From assembly GCA_964575955.1 (NCBI GenBank), contig CAZNTG010000004.1, forward strand, positions 1-51,322: 51,322 nucleotides of DNA. The letters run 5' to 3'. Of this stretch, positions 19,974 to 28,864 are shown piece after piece. A program made the translations under genes and the position numbers. Under the pieces are notes generated by a model that saw only the letters and a list, made by a program, of their open reading frames with translations, was not told the DNA's origin and did no database searches. Within the stretch, counting starts at the first letter, position 1; each line of letters begins with the position of its first letter. Origin of the DNA: an uncultured Thermoproteaceae archaeon. Its GTDB lineage: Archaea; Thermoproteota; Thermoprotei; Thermoproteales; Thermocladiaceae.

Positions 19974-20023
19974 TCAGTCTCAATCGCCATCTTCACCGCT
20001 TCAGAAGGTGGGAGTTTCAGCAT
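19974..20023 (-). ncRNA. Box C/D guide sRNA 8
   Basis: ATGCTGA-AACTCCCACCTT-CTGA-agcg-GTGAAGA-TGGCGATTGAGA-CTGA; variant C box, canonical spacing. Confidence 0.82.
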
Positions 20024-20130
20024 CTAATGATTCCTATATTTACAAAGTTTTTATCTTCTTCTAGACTTTTTTATCTAAATACTATATGTCGATATTGAGG
20101 GAATGTATTTAAACTAGTTGTGTAGTTGAG

Positions 20131-21486
20131 ATGTGTATATCTGTGAGAGGTATATTGGCTAATATTAATTACGATGATCCATTAGTTAAGTATAGAGCTA
20201 GAGAGGTTGTTCTTGAAGCACGTAGAAGACTTTTCACTAGAGTTGAGCAGTGTGATCCATATATTCTAATAGATTCATACTATATTCACTATAGTGAACC
20301 TATATTTAGAAAGCCTAGAGATATTGAAGATGAGAAGTTGTTATTATGGTATAAGGTTGCTTCTATATACATACAATCTCAAACATATAAGAATATTAAA
20401 TCTATGTGTTTTGGTAATTCAAAAATTTCTAAAATTCTTGCAATTAGACTGTTGAAAGTTTATTTAGACATGTTGAGTAAGGTTGAGAGTAATCGTGAAT
20501 TTAAAAATGCTCTAATTGCAGAATTTAAATCTAAAAGTCAAGGTAAGGAGCCTAGTAAGTATATTAGATCTATAATACATAGACTTGACTATGAAATTAA
20601 GACTAGTATCAGTATGAATATTGGAAGTTTGAAGAAGGTTAGTGAAGTTATGAAGAAGGTTAAAAATACTATAGGACATTTTGCAGGTGATGAAGTTGCT
20701 GAAATATTGATGGATCCTGAAGATGAGTCATCAAGACTTAGACTTGTAGAGATGTTAAACTCCTTAATAGAACTTGCAAGACAGGCAGCACAGGAGGTTG
20801 ATATATATGAAAGAGAGATTGATGTTAGAGGCTTCATTTCAGGACTTAAAAAACTTTCAAGAATTAGAGAACTTAGAGATTTAACACCAAGTGAGATTGC
20901 TAGAGCTAACATATCTAAAGAATTATTTGCATATAGATTAGCAACAGGCAGTTTGCTAGTACATGAATTGAGAATTACTAGAAAACCGAAACTATACATA
21001 CTTGTAGATAAAAGTGGATCAATGTTCTACTCAGTAGATGTGAAGATTGAAGATTTTGAAAATCTTAGTAAAATTACATGGGCTACAGCACTAGCATTAA
21101 CACTACTATTGAAAGGTAGTAAAGTTATTGTGAGATTTTTTGATAAAAAAGCACATGAACCACTTCAAGATAAGTTAAGTTTAGTAAAGATACTTCTAAG
21201 ATTAACACCACTAGGAGGTACAAGTATAACAAATGCATTAAAGACAGCTATAGAAGATTGTTATAGAAATCCAAACCTTAGAGAGTATAAGTTGATATTG
21301 ATAACAGATGGTGAAGATTCAAATGTAGACATTCAAGTGTTAGAGAAAGCTCAAAAGATGTTTAAAGAATTCATAATCATCCTTGTAGGAGGTGAAAATG
21401 TAATACTTGAGAAATATTGTAGTAATGTTATAAAACTTAAGAGTATTGGATTACAAACACTTAAGACAGTTCTAAAAAGAGTATAA
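20131..21486 (+). CDS. von Willebrand A domain protein (ViaA/CoxE-like)
   Basis: MIDAS residues DKSGSM, GGTSI, ITDGED. Confidence 0.85.
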   Translation: MCISVRGILANINYDDPLVKYRAREVVLEARRRLFTRVEQCDPYILIDSYYIHYSEPIFRKPRDIEDEKLLLWYKVASIYIQSQTYKNIKSMCFGNSKISKILAIRLLKVYLDMLSKVESNREFKNALIAEFKSKSQGKEPSKYIRSIIHRLDYEIKTSISMNIGSLKKVSEVMKKVKNTIGHFAGDEVAEILMDPEDESSRLRLVEMLNSLIELARQAAQEVDIYEREIDVRGFISGLKKLSRIRELRDLTPSEIARANISKELFAYRLATGSLLVHELRITRKPKLYILVDKSGSMFYSVDVKIEDFENLSKITWATALALTLLLKGSKVIVRFFDKKAHEPLQDKLSLVKILLRLTPLGGTSITNALKTAIEDCYRNPNLREYKLILITDGEDSNVDIQVLEKAQKMFKEFIIILVGGENVILEKYCSNVIKLKSIGLQTLKTVLKRV

Positions 21487-21524
21487 ACTTATAAAGTAGA
21501 TAAAGTAGTAGAATCTGAGCGAAG

Positions 21525-21854
21525 ATGATAGACTTACCAACACTAGCACTTATAGTTATAGCAATAGCAATATTGTTAATATGGGGTCCAAGCAAACTAC
21601 CAAGTCTTGCAAGAGCTATTGGACAAGCAATACATGAATTTAAGAGAGGTACTAAAGGTCTTGTAGAGGAAGAGGAGAAGAAGGAAGAGAAGACAGAGAC
21701 TAGAAAGAGTGAGAAGACTGATGAGCTCGATAAGGAGAAAATTTTAGAACTTGCAAAGAAGCTAGGTATAGATACTACAGGTAAGTCCATTCCTGAGATT
21801 GTAGCTGAAATTGAGAAAGTTTTAGAGATCAAGAAGTCTCAAACAGCTAAGTAA
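21525..21854 (+). CDS. tatA: Twin-arginine translocase TatA/E
   Basis: TM then WGPSKLPSLARAIGQAIHEFKR amphipathic helix. Confidence 0.93.
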   Translation: MIDLPTLALIVIAIAILLIWGPSKLPSLARAIGQAIHEFKRGTKGLVEEEEKKEEKTETRKSEKTDELDKEKILELAKKLGIDTTGKSIPEIVAEIEKVLEIKKSQTAK

Positions 21855-22117
21855 CTTATCTCCAAAATATCTACACCTCTATTTTTAAATTCTTCAAAAA
21901 CCTTCTTAACAAGTGTGTAAATTTTACTATGTAGATTTGGAGCTAGGCTAGTCCTGACAATAAATATCTTATCATCTCCTGAAAATGTTATCCAAACTCT
22001 GTCAACACCTATCTTGACATATGCTACATGTTGCGATAATTTTAGTACGTAATCGAAATTTCCACTCTCTCTAAGCATCCTACTGATCTCTCTATTCTCG
22101 ATAACTTGAGTTATCAT
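21839..22117 (-). CDS. Small hypothetical protein (VKxGVDRxWI family, copy 1)
   Basis: 92 aa; homologous to ORF 47552-47824. Confidence 0.7.
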   Translation of the reverse strand: MITQVIENREISRMLRESGNFDYVLKLSQHVAYVKIGVDRVWITFSGDDKIFIVRTSLAPNLHSKIYTLVKKVFEEFKNRGVDILEISYLAV

Positions 22118-22274
22118 CTTAAACTTAGTCGACTTAAATGATTTAAGAGAATACTTTCACACATCTCTCCCATGATTTAATATGTGAAAAGTGTCTAAAA
22201 GAGATCGTTATAACATATTGCTGATCTATAGATGTAAATCTTAAACTAGTCTTCTTAACCTCTAGTGAGTATAG

Positions 22275-23105
22275 ATGGTTAAGGTTGGTATAGATACTAG
22301 GATATTCAAGTATTATGATGTTGAATATGCAATATCTAAAATATCTAAATTTTTCAAAATAGTTGAAGTATGTGCAACACATATAAAAAGACTTGAAAGA
22401 AGTTGTTTAACGATAGGAGATATTGGAAATATTTTAAATAGACTGCGTAAAGATTATGGTGTAGATATTGCTCAGATACATGCACCTTATGGTGATATTG
22501 ATGAGTTGTTGACATATCCAAGTGAGAGAGAACATGCAATATCTAGAATATTGAAGTATGTAGAACTTTGTAATATTGTTGAATGTCCTGTACTTGTAAT
22601 GCATGTACCATATAGAAGACCTATGAGTAATGAATCTTATATAGACTTTATTAGATGTTTAGAAAATTCAACAAGATATTTAATGCGTAGATTAGATAAT
22701 TTGTTAAGAAGTTATTCTGTTAAGATAGCTTTTGAGAATAGACTTGAACAATGTTTTGGCTGTATTCCTGATGATATTATTAAGATAATATCTGAGGAAG
22801 GTGTTGAAAATTTTGGAATATGTATAGATACAGGACATGCAAATGTTAATAAACTTAATATTGAAGATATTGTTAAAAGATTTCATAGATATATAATTGC
22901 GACACATGTACATGATAATGATGGTATTCAGGATAGACATATGCCACCTATGATGGGTACAATAAATTGGAGAGGTATAATAGACGTATTTAGACGATAT
23001 TGTAGAGATGTTCCATTAATACTTGAAGTTGAGCCTATATGTGATAAATGTTGTGAAAATATGTTAGAACTATGCTACACTATCATTACAAGATTAGTCA
23101 GTTAA
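22275..23105 (+). CDS. Sugar phosphate isomerase/epimerase (AP-endonuclease-2 TIM barrel)
   Basis: HAPY, AFEN, DTGH, HVHDN..H metal ligands. Confidence 0.87.
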   Translation: MVKVGIDTRIFKYYDVEYAISKISKFFKIVEVCATHIKRLERSCLTIGDIGNILNRLRKDYGVDIAQIHAPYGDIDELLTYPSEREHAISRILKYVELCNIVECPVLVMHVPYRRPMSNESYIDFIRCLENSTRYLMRRLDNLLRSYSVKIAFENRLEQCFGCIPDDIIKIISEEGVENFGICIDTGHANVNKLNIEDIVKRFHRYIIATHVHDNDGIQDRHMPPMMGTINWRGIIDVFRRYCRDVPLILEVEPICDKCCENMLELCYTIITRLVS

Positions 23106-23150
23106 CCGAGCGTATCTTCATACACTATCCGTAGGGCAACTCCTCATCAC
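23098..23150 (-). ncRNA. Box C/D guide sRNA 9
   Basis: GTGATGA-GGAGTTGCCCTA-CGGA-tagtgt-ATGAAGA-TACGCTCGGTTAA-CTGA. Confidence 0.85.
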
Positions 23151-23186
23151 TCAATAGATAATAACTGTAGTTGCTAGTCTAAATAT

Positions 23187-23636
23187 ATGTTTCTAAGATC
23201 TGAAGAATGTTTAAAATTTCTTAAAAAATCTTGGAGAGGAATTTTAGCACTATGTGATAATGGTAAACCATACGCATTTCCTGTAGCCTACATATTGTAT
23301 AGAGATGTTCCACATTTCCTATTTTTAAAATATGGTAGAAAGATGAAAATTATTGAGAAAAATCCTAACGCTTGTTACCTAGTGTATATTGAAGAAGATA
23401 GGAAAGTTGTATCCATACTTATAGAAGGGATTTTAGAATATGTAGAAAATGTAGATGTTGTGAAGGATGTAGTTAGGAAATTTGTAGAGGAGATATTTCC
23501 AAGAGATCCATATTTTAAAAATTTGAAAAATATTGATATTGATAAGCTAGTGAATGATATTATATCTAGAAAAATTCCTGGAATATATAGACTAGAAATA
23601 TCTAATATTAGCTGTGTGGTAGAGTATTATGATTAG
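23187..23636 (+). CDS. Pyridoxamine 5'-phosphate oxidase-like flavin-binding protein
   Basis: GILAL..PYAFPVAY, GRKM..NPNAC. Confidence 0.82.
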   Translation: MFLRSEECLKFLKKSWRGILALCDNGKPYAFPVAYILYRDVPHFLFLKYGRKMKIIEKNPNACYLVYIEEDRKVVSILIEGILEYVENVDVVKDVVRKFVEEIFPRDPYFKNLKNIDIDKLVNDIISRKIPGIYRLEISNISCVVEYYD

Positions 23637-24570
23637 CAGAGTCTTAGGTATAGCAGCTATAAATAAAGATTATATAGGTATAGTAGATAGGCATGTTGAA
23701 GATGTAGAAGAGACTGTTAATGAGGATATATTTAAAATACATATAGAGACTTTAGGTAGAGTATATGAAAGTGTTGGCGGTTCTGTAGTAAATACATTAT
23801 ATGCATTTAGACAACTTGATAATAAAGCTATGATACATATTCATGGAATTATTGGAACTGATAGTGATGGTATTTGGATTTTAGATAAATTGAGGAGTTT
23901 TAATTTAAAATTTATAGGATATCTAAGTAGTGAAGGTTCTACAGGTAAGACGTTGGTAATATCAAGTATTTATGGAAGTAGGAAGATATTGATATGTCCA
24001 GGTGTTAATGATTTATATAGTAGAGATCTAGTATATCCATTAGAAGATTATCAAGTACAGGATGTGTTACATACATCAACATTTGCATGTAGTAGAGGTT
24101 GTGAACCAATTAGAGCACAGATTCTAGCTTATTCACTAGTAGATGCTAAGTATAGATCTATAATGCTTGGATCACTATACTGTAATATGTATAGTAGAGA
24201 GGAGTATAGACCTCTAATAGATTCTCTAATTAGAAGTGTAGATATTGTATTTGTTAGAGAAGATGAGTTAAATATTATGTTTAAAAGTTTTGAAAATATG
24301 TTATCAAAATTTCCAAATATAAAAATTCTAATAGTAACAATGGGTTCTAGAGGTGTTAAAGTCATTACAGATAATAGTGTTATGATGTTTCCTGCACCTA
24401 GGGTAGATGTTGTAGATAGTACAGGTGCTGGAGATGCATTTGCAGGTGGTTTTCTAGTAGGATTAGTGAGAAATTATGATATAAAGAGGTGTGTTGAACT
24501 TGGAATAATATGTGCAAAACACTGTCTAACAAATATTGGAGGAACAGGATATAAAATATGTAATAGCTAG
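23629..24570 (+). CDS. PfkB-family carbohydrate/nucleoside kinase
   Basis: GGSVVN, VTMGSRG, VDSTGAGDAFAGG. Confidence 0.92.
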   Translation: MISRVLGIAAINKDYIGIVDRHVEDVEETVNEDIFKIHIETLGRVYESVGGSVVNTLYAFRQLDNKAMIHIHGIIGTDSDGIWILDKLRSFNLKFIGYLSSEGSTGKTLVISSIYGSRKILICPGVNDLYSRDLVYPLEDYQVQDVLHTSTFACSRGCEPIRAQILAYSLVDAKYRSIMLGSLYCNMYSREEYRPLIDSLIRSVDIVFVREDELNIMFKSFENMLSKFPNIKILIVTMGSRGVKVITDNSVMMFPAPRVDVVDSTGAGDAFAGGFLVGLVRNYDIKRCVELGIICAKHCLTNIGGTGYKICNS

Positions 24571-24581
24571 ATAGTCAAGTT

Positions 24582-25622
24582 ATGCGATTTATAGTTATAC
24601 TAGATCTTGAAGGTGTATTAACACCACCCGGAACAGACTTTGCAGAATACTTAGCTAGATATCTTGGAGATGACTATTACAGATTTTTCAAGTACTTTGA
24701 CACATATGATGACTATAGATGGATTAAGGAATATATGACAAAGACAGGAAGATATCAGACAGGTACTACACCATTCTACACACTCTTAATGGCATATTCT
24801 CATGGTCTTAGAGAGGAAGATATTATTGAAATTTCTAAACAATATGCAGAGAAGGTAGTTTATGAAGATTTTAAAGATATTGTTAGAAGATTAAGAAAGA
24901 ATTATGATATAGTTGTAACAACTTCATCATATTTTCCATATTCACATGAAGTATGTAGAAGATTAGGTATAGATTTAGATAATGTATATTCTACATGTGA
25001 TACAAAGATAGATGATGTAAATAGTGAGCATGTACTACAAATCTTAGAAAGTATAGCATCTAGAGATAAGATTAGGAAAGTCGTTGAAAGTATAGCTAGA
25101 ATATGTCTAAATATTGTATCAGAAAATTTACCACTAAACTCAGTAGATGAATATGTAAATTCTATAGATGATTTAGGATTAAGAAAATATCTATATCAAA
25201 GACTTGTACAGCAGAGAGGTATTGCAGGTTCTAAATTTAAGGCTAGTATTGTTAAGAAGTTTAGAGATTTAAATAATGTTGTTATATATGTTGGTGATTC
25301 TATCGTTGATTCTGAAGCTGCATCATTAGCAAATATTTCAATTAGTATTAATACAACATCACCACATCTACTATACTCATCATCTATAAATGTAGTTACT
25401 GAAAATTATAGAAATATTGTTGATATTATTGAAAATATTCAAGATCTAGTTATGGGTAAATTACCAAGTAGATTAGATGTTAATGATGCAATTATATACT
25501 TCTCAAATGATATTGTTAAGAATCTAAATACTATACTTGAATTAAATAAGAAGGTTCGTGAGAAGGTTAAGTTAAGATATTTCTCGTCTAGTGACTCTCT
25601 ATTTAGGCTGGAAGTTATTTAG
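24582..25622 (+). CDS. HAD-superfamily hydrolase (EhaR-like)
   Basis: DLEG, TTSSY, K, YVGDSIVD motifs. Confidence 0.75.
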   Translation: MRFIVILDLEGVLTPPGTDFAEYLARYLGDDYYRFFKYFDTYDDYRWIKEYMTKTGRYQTGTTPFYTLLMAYSHGLREEDIIEISKQYAEKVVYEDFKDIVRRLRKNYDIVVTTSSYFPYSHEVCRRLGIDLDNVYSTCDTKIDDVNSEHVLQILESIASRDKIRKVVESIARICLNIVSENLPLNSVDEYVNSIDDLGLRKYLYQRLVQQRGIAGSKFKASIVKKFRDLNNVVIYVGDSIVDSEAASLANISISINTTSPHLLYSSSINVVTENYRNIVDIIENIQDLVMGKLPSRLDVNDAIIYFSNDIVKNLNTILELNKKVREKVKLRYFSSSDSLFRLEVI

Positions 25623-25864
25623 AATACTTCTACAAGTATTTTTTGAGCCATACCTCTACATAATGCTACTGTTGTTGATGAAGAACCTAGACGAACAAGT
25701 ACAACACCACCAACAACCTGTAATACTCTAATTTCCTGTCCTGGCATAAATCCCATACTTAGAAGCCTTCTTCTCAATCCATGTCCTGCATCTACACTAA
25801 CTATTCTACCTCTAGATCCGGGAGGTAGTAATGAAAGTGGTAGTACTTTCCTACCTGTATACAC
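25619..25864 (-). CDS. feoA: Ferrous iron transport protein A
   Basis: RRRLLSMGFMPG, ALCRGMAQKILV. Confidence 0.93.
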   Translation of the reverse strand: MYTGRKVLPLSLLPPGSRGRIVSVDAGHGLRRRLLSMGFMPGQEIRVLQVVGGVVLVRLGSSSTTVALCRGMAQKILVEVF

Positions 25865-25906
25865 AGGAAATTTCCATTTTTCAGAATTTTAGCTTCTTCA
25901 AAACTT

Positions 25907-26608
25907 TTACTTCTCCAAACTTTCAACCTCTATAAGTGCTGTGTAGTCTATAGGTATTTCAACAATATTATTAAAGTCTTGAATTTCTATCTTTAGTTTA
26001 GATATATCTTTTCTATATTCTAAAATTCTTATCTTAGTACCAACCTTAATACCATACTTCTCAAATAGTTGTAATGCTTTTGTAAATTCTCCAAGTATTC
26101 TAACAATTCTAAATGTGTAATTAACATCTTGTGCATAATCTATGAGTGTTTTTCCTCTAATCTTAACTTCAGCATTTATTGGATTTCCATGAGGACATTG
26201 TATTGGTTTTCCACATATTTCATATATCTTAAGTATAAGCTCATCAGGTAGGTGTTCCATCATGTGTGCATATATGTGTACTCTATAGGTATCTATGTTT
26301 AGAAATTTCTGTAAAAAATATTCACATACTCTATGCTTCCATATTACTTTAAGTGCTATTTTCCTACCTGAATCTGTAAGTATTGTACCTCTATACTTAT
26401 CGTACTTTATATATCCACCTTTCTCAAGTTTTTTCAACATTTTAGTTACTGTTGCAGGTGTTACATTTAGTTCTTCAGCTATCTTACTAGTCTTGGCAAC
26501 TCCAAACACATCTTCAAGTCTAAATATTGTAGATAGGTAGTCTTGTAGAACTACTTCTTCACAACTCTTTTTACTACTTGCTAGGATAGATCTTAAATTG
26601 ATCTCCAT
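25907..26608 (-). CDS. DtxR/MntR-family metal-dependent regulator
   Basis: DYL, HTH, KHRVCE, HMMEH, CPHGNPI, FeoA-like C-terminus. Confidence 0.93.
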   Translation of the reverse strand: MEINLRSILASSKKSCEEVVLQDYLSTIFRLEDVFGVAKTSKIAEELNVTPATVTKMLKKLEKGGYIKYDKYRGTILTDSGRKIALKVIWKHRVCEYFLQKFLNIDTYRVHIYAHMMEHLPDELILKIYEICGKPIQCPHGNPINAEVKIRGKTLIDYAQDVNYTFRIVRILGEFTKALQLFEKYGIKVGTKIRILEYRKDISKLKIEIQDFNNIVEIPIDYTALIEVESLEK

Positions 26609-26628
26609 CCTAGCTTATATTTTGAGTT

Positions 26629-28722
26629 GTGGAGGATCTTAAAAAGGTGTTTATGATGAGAAGAAGGTACTCTAATATTATTAAAGTTATACTAGTAGGT
26701 CAACCAAATGTTGGAAAATCATCATTATTCAATATTCTTTCTGGAAAATCTGTACGTGTTAGTAATTGGGCTGGAACTACAGTAGAGATTAAGAGTGGTA
26801 AGATTGTTAAGGATGGTCTAGTTATAGAGATTGTAGATATTCCAGGAACTTACAGTTTAACACCAACAACACTTGAAGAACGTGTAGCTAGAGAATACAT
26901 ATTGAAGGAAAGTGCAGACATCTATGTAGTACTTGTAGATGTATTAACGATTGAGAGATCTCTAATGCTTGCAATAGAACTACTAGAATTGAAGCCTAAT
27001 GTCATAATTGCATTAACTAAATGTGATATAGCGCATAAATATGGAATACATGTAAATTATGAAGGTTTAAGTAAGAAGCTTGGTGTACCTGTAATACCAA
27101 TATCAGCATATACAGGTGAGGGTATTGAAGAACTATTAAGAACAATTACAAGATATACATATTCTAGAGGTCAAGTTCTAAAGATAAATTATGAAGAACT
27201 TGAAAAATATTTCAAAATATTAGATAGATGTGGTGAACATATATTAAAGATCTTGAATATAGATGTAGATAAGAGATGGATAATTTTAAAACTTTTAGAG
27301 GGTGATGATGAACTTCTAAGAATATTAGAGGAGAGTGATTTAGAATGTTTTAAAGATGTTAAGAATGTTAGAGAAGAGTTTTATAAAATGTTTGGTAAAT
27401 ATCCTGAAGATTATATATATGAAATTCGTAGTAGATATTTGAGAAATGTTCTTGAAGGTAATATTGTTAGAACTAGAGTTGAGATTGGTAAGTTATCTAA
27501 GATTGATAGATTGTTCACACACTCAATTTTAGGTCCAATAATTTCACTTCTAATTTTAACATCTTCGATATTTACAGCACTTATAATAAATATGGGTTTT
27601 CCATTAAACATCCTATTCTATGCTTTAGGTTTTTCAAATATTGCAAATATTGTAGAAAACTATTCAATATCTGGAATTTTAGATAGAGCTTTTGATTTAT
27701 TAGGAAGTTACTTATCATCACTTACAAGTAATGTTGTTTTGAGTAGAGCTATCTATGGTATTGTTAGTAGTGTTGGTGCTGTATTATCACTTGCACCTCT
27801 AGTATTTATTATGAGTGCTGTACTTGCAATTCTTGAAGATTCAGGTATTGGTGCTAGAATGGCAATCTCAATGCATAGTCTACTATCTAGATTTGGACTT
27901 TCAGGTAGGAGTATATATCCAATACTTGTAGGTTTTGGATGTAATGTACCTGCTGTTCTCTCATCAAGAACAGCTATAGACCATTTTGAGAGAGTTCAAA
28001 TTGCTATGACAGTACCATTTATACCATGTCAAGCTAGGATGATAATACTACTATACATGGCTACTATGTTCATAATGTTTAAACCTGTAGAATTATTCTC
28101 ATTTATACTATTAACAATCTGTATTGGAGTATTGCTAACATTAATATCGTCATTAATGTTTAGAAGAGTACTGTATAGATTGAGAACAGGACCTGAACTT
28201 CTACTAGAAATACCACCACTACACAGACCAAAGCTTAGAGTTGTTTGGTGGATTTCTTGGAGTACTACAAAACATTTTCTAGAGAAGGCAGGAACTGTAA
28301 TATTTATATCCTGTCTAATAATATGGACAATGCTACACTACGGACCTACAGGATTTACAATGAACATATCTCAAAGTTATGCAGCAATATTTGGAAAATA
28401 TTTAGGGTATATATTTGAGAAAATTTTAAACATATCTCAAACATGTGCATGGAAACTTGGACTTGCAACAATTGCAGGTATAGTAGCTAAGGAGAACATA
28501 ATAGCAATCTTGTCAATACTTGGAAATTTAAAATTAAGTAAAATACAGATGATAGCATTTACAATATTCACAATGCTATACATGCCCTGCATACCCACAA
28601 TAATAGCAATAGCAAAAGAGGTAGGTATTAGAAAAGCAATAATAACAACAATATACATGTTCACAATAGCAATCTTAATATCCTACCTAACATACACCAC
28701 ACTAAAAGGGGCCGTAGTCTAG
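26629..28722 (+). CDS. feoB: Ferrous iron transporter B
   Basis: GQPNVGKS, NWAGTT, DIPG, TKCD, GFGCNVPA, IPCQAR, YMPC; start more likely ATG 26653 after AGGTG. Confidence 0.96.
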   Translation: MEDLKKVFMMRRRYSNIIKVILVGQPNVGKSSLFNILSGKSVRVSNWAGTTVEIKSGKIVKDGLVIEIVDIPGTYSLTPTTLEERVAREYILKESADIYVVLVDVLTIERSLMLAIELLELKPNVIIALTKCDIAHKYGIHVNYEGLSKKLGVPVIPISAYTGEGIEELLRTITRYTYSRGQVLKINYEELEKYFKILDRCGEHILKILNIDVDKRWIILKLLEGDDELLRILEESDLECFKDVKNVREEFYKMFGKYPEDYIYEIRSRYLRNVLEGNIVRTRVEIGKLSKIDRLFTHSILGPIISLLILTSSIFTALIINMGFPLNILFYALGFSNIANIVENYSISGILDRAFDLLGSYLSSLTSNVVLSRAIYGIVSSVGAVLSLAPLVFIMSAVLAILEDSGIGARMAISMHSLLSRFGLSGRSIYPILVGFGCNVPAVLSSRTAIDHFERVQIAMTVPFIPCQARMIILLYMATMFIMFKPVELFSFILLTICIGVLLTLISSLMFRRVLYRLRTGPELLLEIPPLHRPKLRVVWWISWSTTKHFLEKAGTVIFISCLIIWTMLHYGPTGFTMNISQSYAAIFGKYLGYIFEKILNISQTCAWKLGLATIAGIVAKENIIAILSILGNLKLSKIQMIAFTIFTMLYMPCIPTIIAIAKEVGIRKAIITTIYMFTIAILISYLTYTTLKGAVV

Positions 28723-28784
28723 CCTGGTAGGATGCTCGGCTCGGGCCCGAGTGATCCCGGGTTCAAATCCCGGCGGCCCCACCA
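28708..28784 (+). tRNA. tRNA-Pro(CGG)
   Basis: GGGGCCG/CGGCCCC acceptor, CTCGG-CT-CGG-GC-CCGAG anticodon arm, TTCAAAT loop, encoded CCA. Confidence 0.97.
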
Positions 28785-28864
28785 AAATATTTGAATCTTA
28801 CAACTCTAAGATAGTAAACGCAAAACGCATTTAAGCATATTATTAAACCATTATAGTCAGGATT

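Noticed and set aside
22172-22224. Eleventh C/D sRNA (ATGATTT..CTAA..CTGA)
   Set aside because: C, D' and C' boxes all degenerate and guides AT-rich; not distinguishable from chance
26653-26659. ATGATGA as a C box
   Set aside because: It is the likely Met-Met start of feoB and no D box follows at the right spacing
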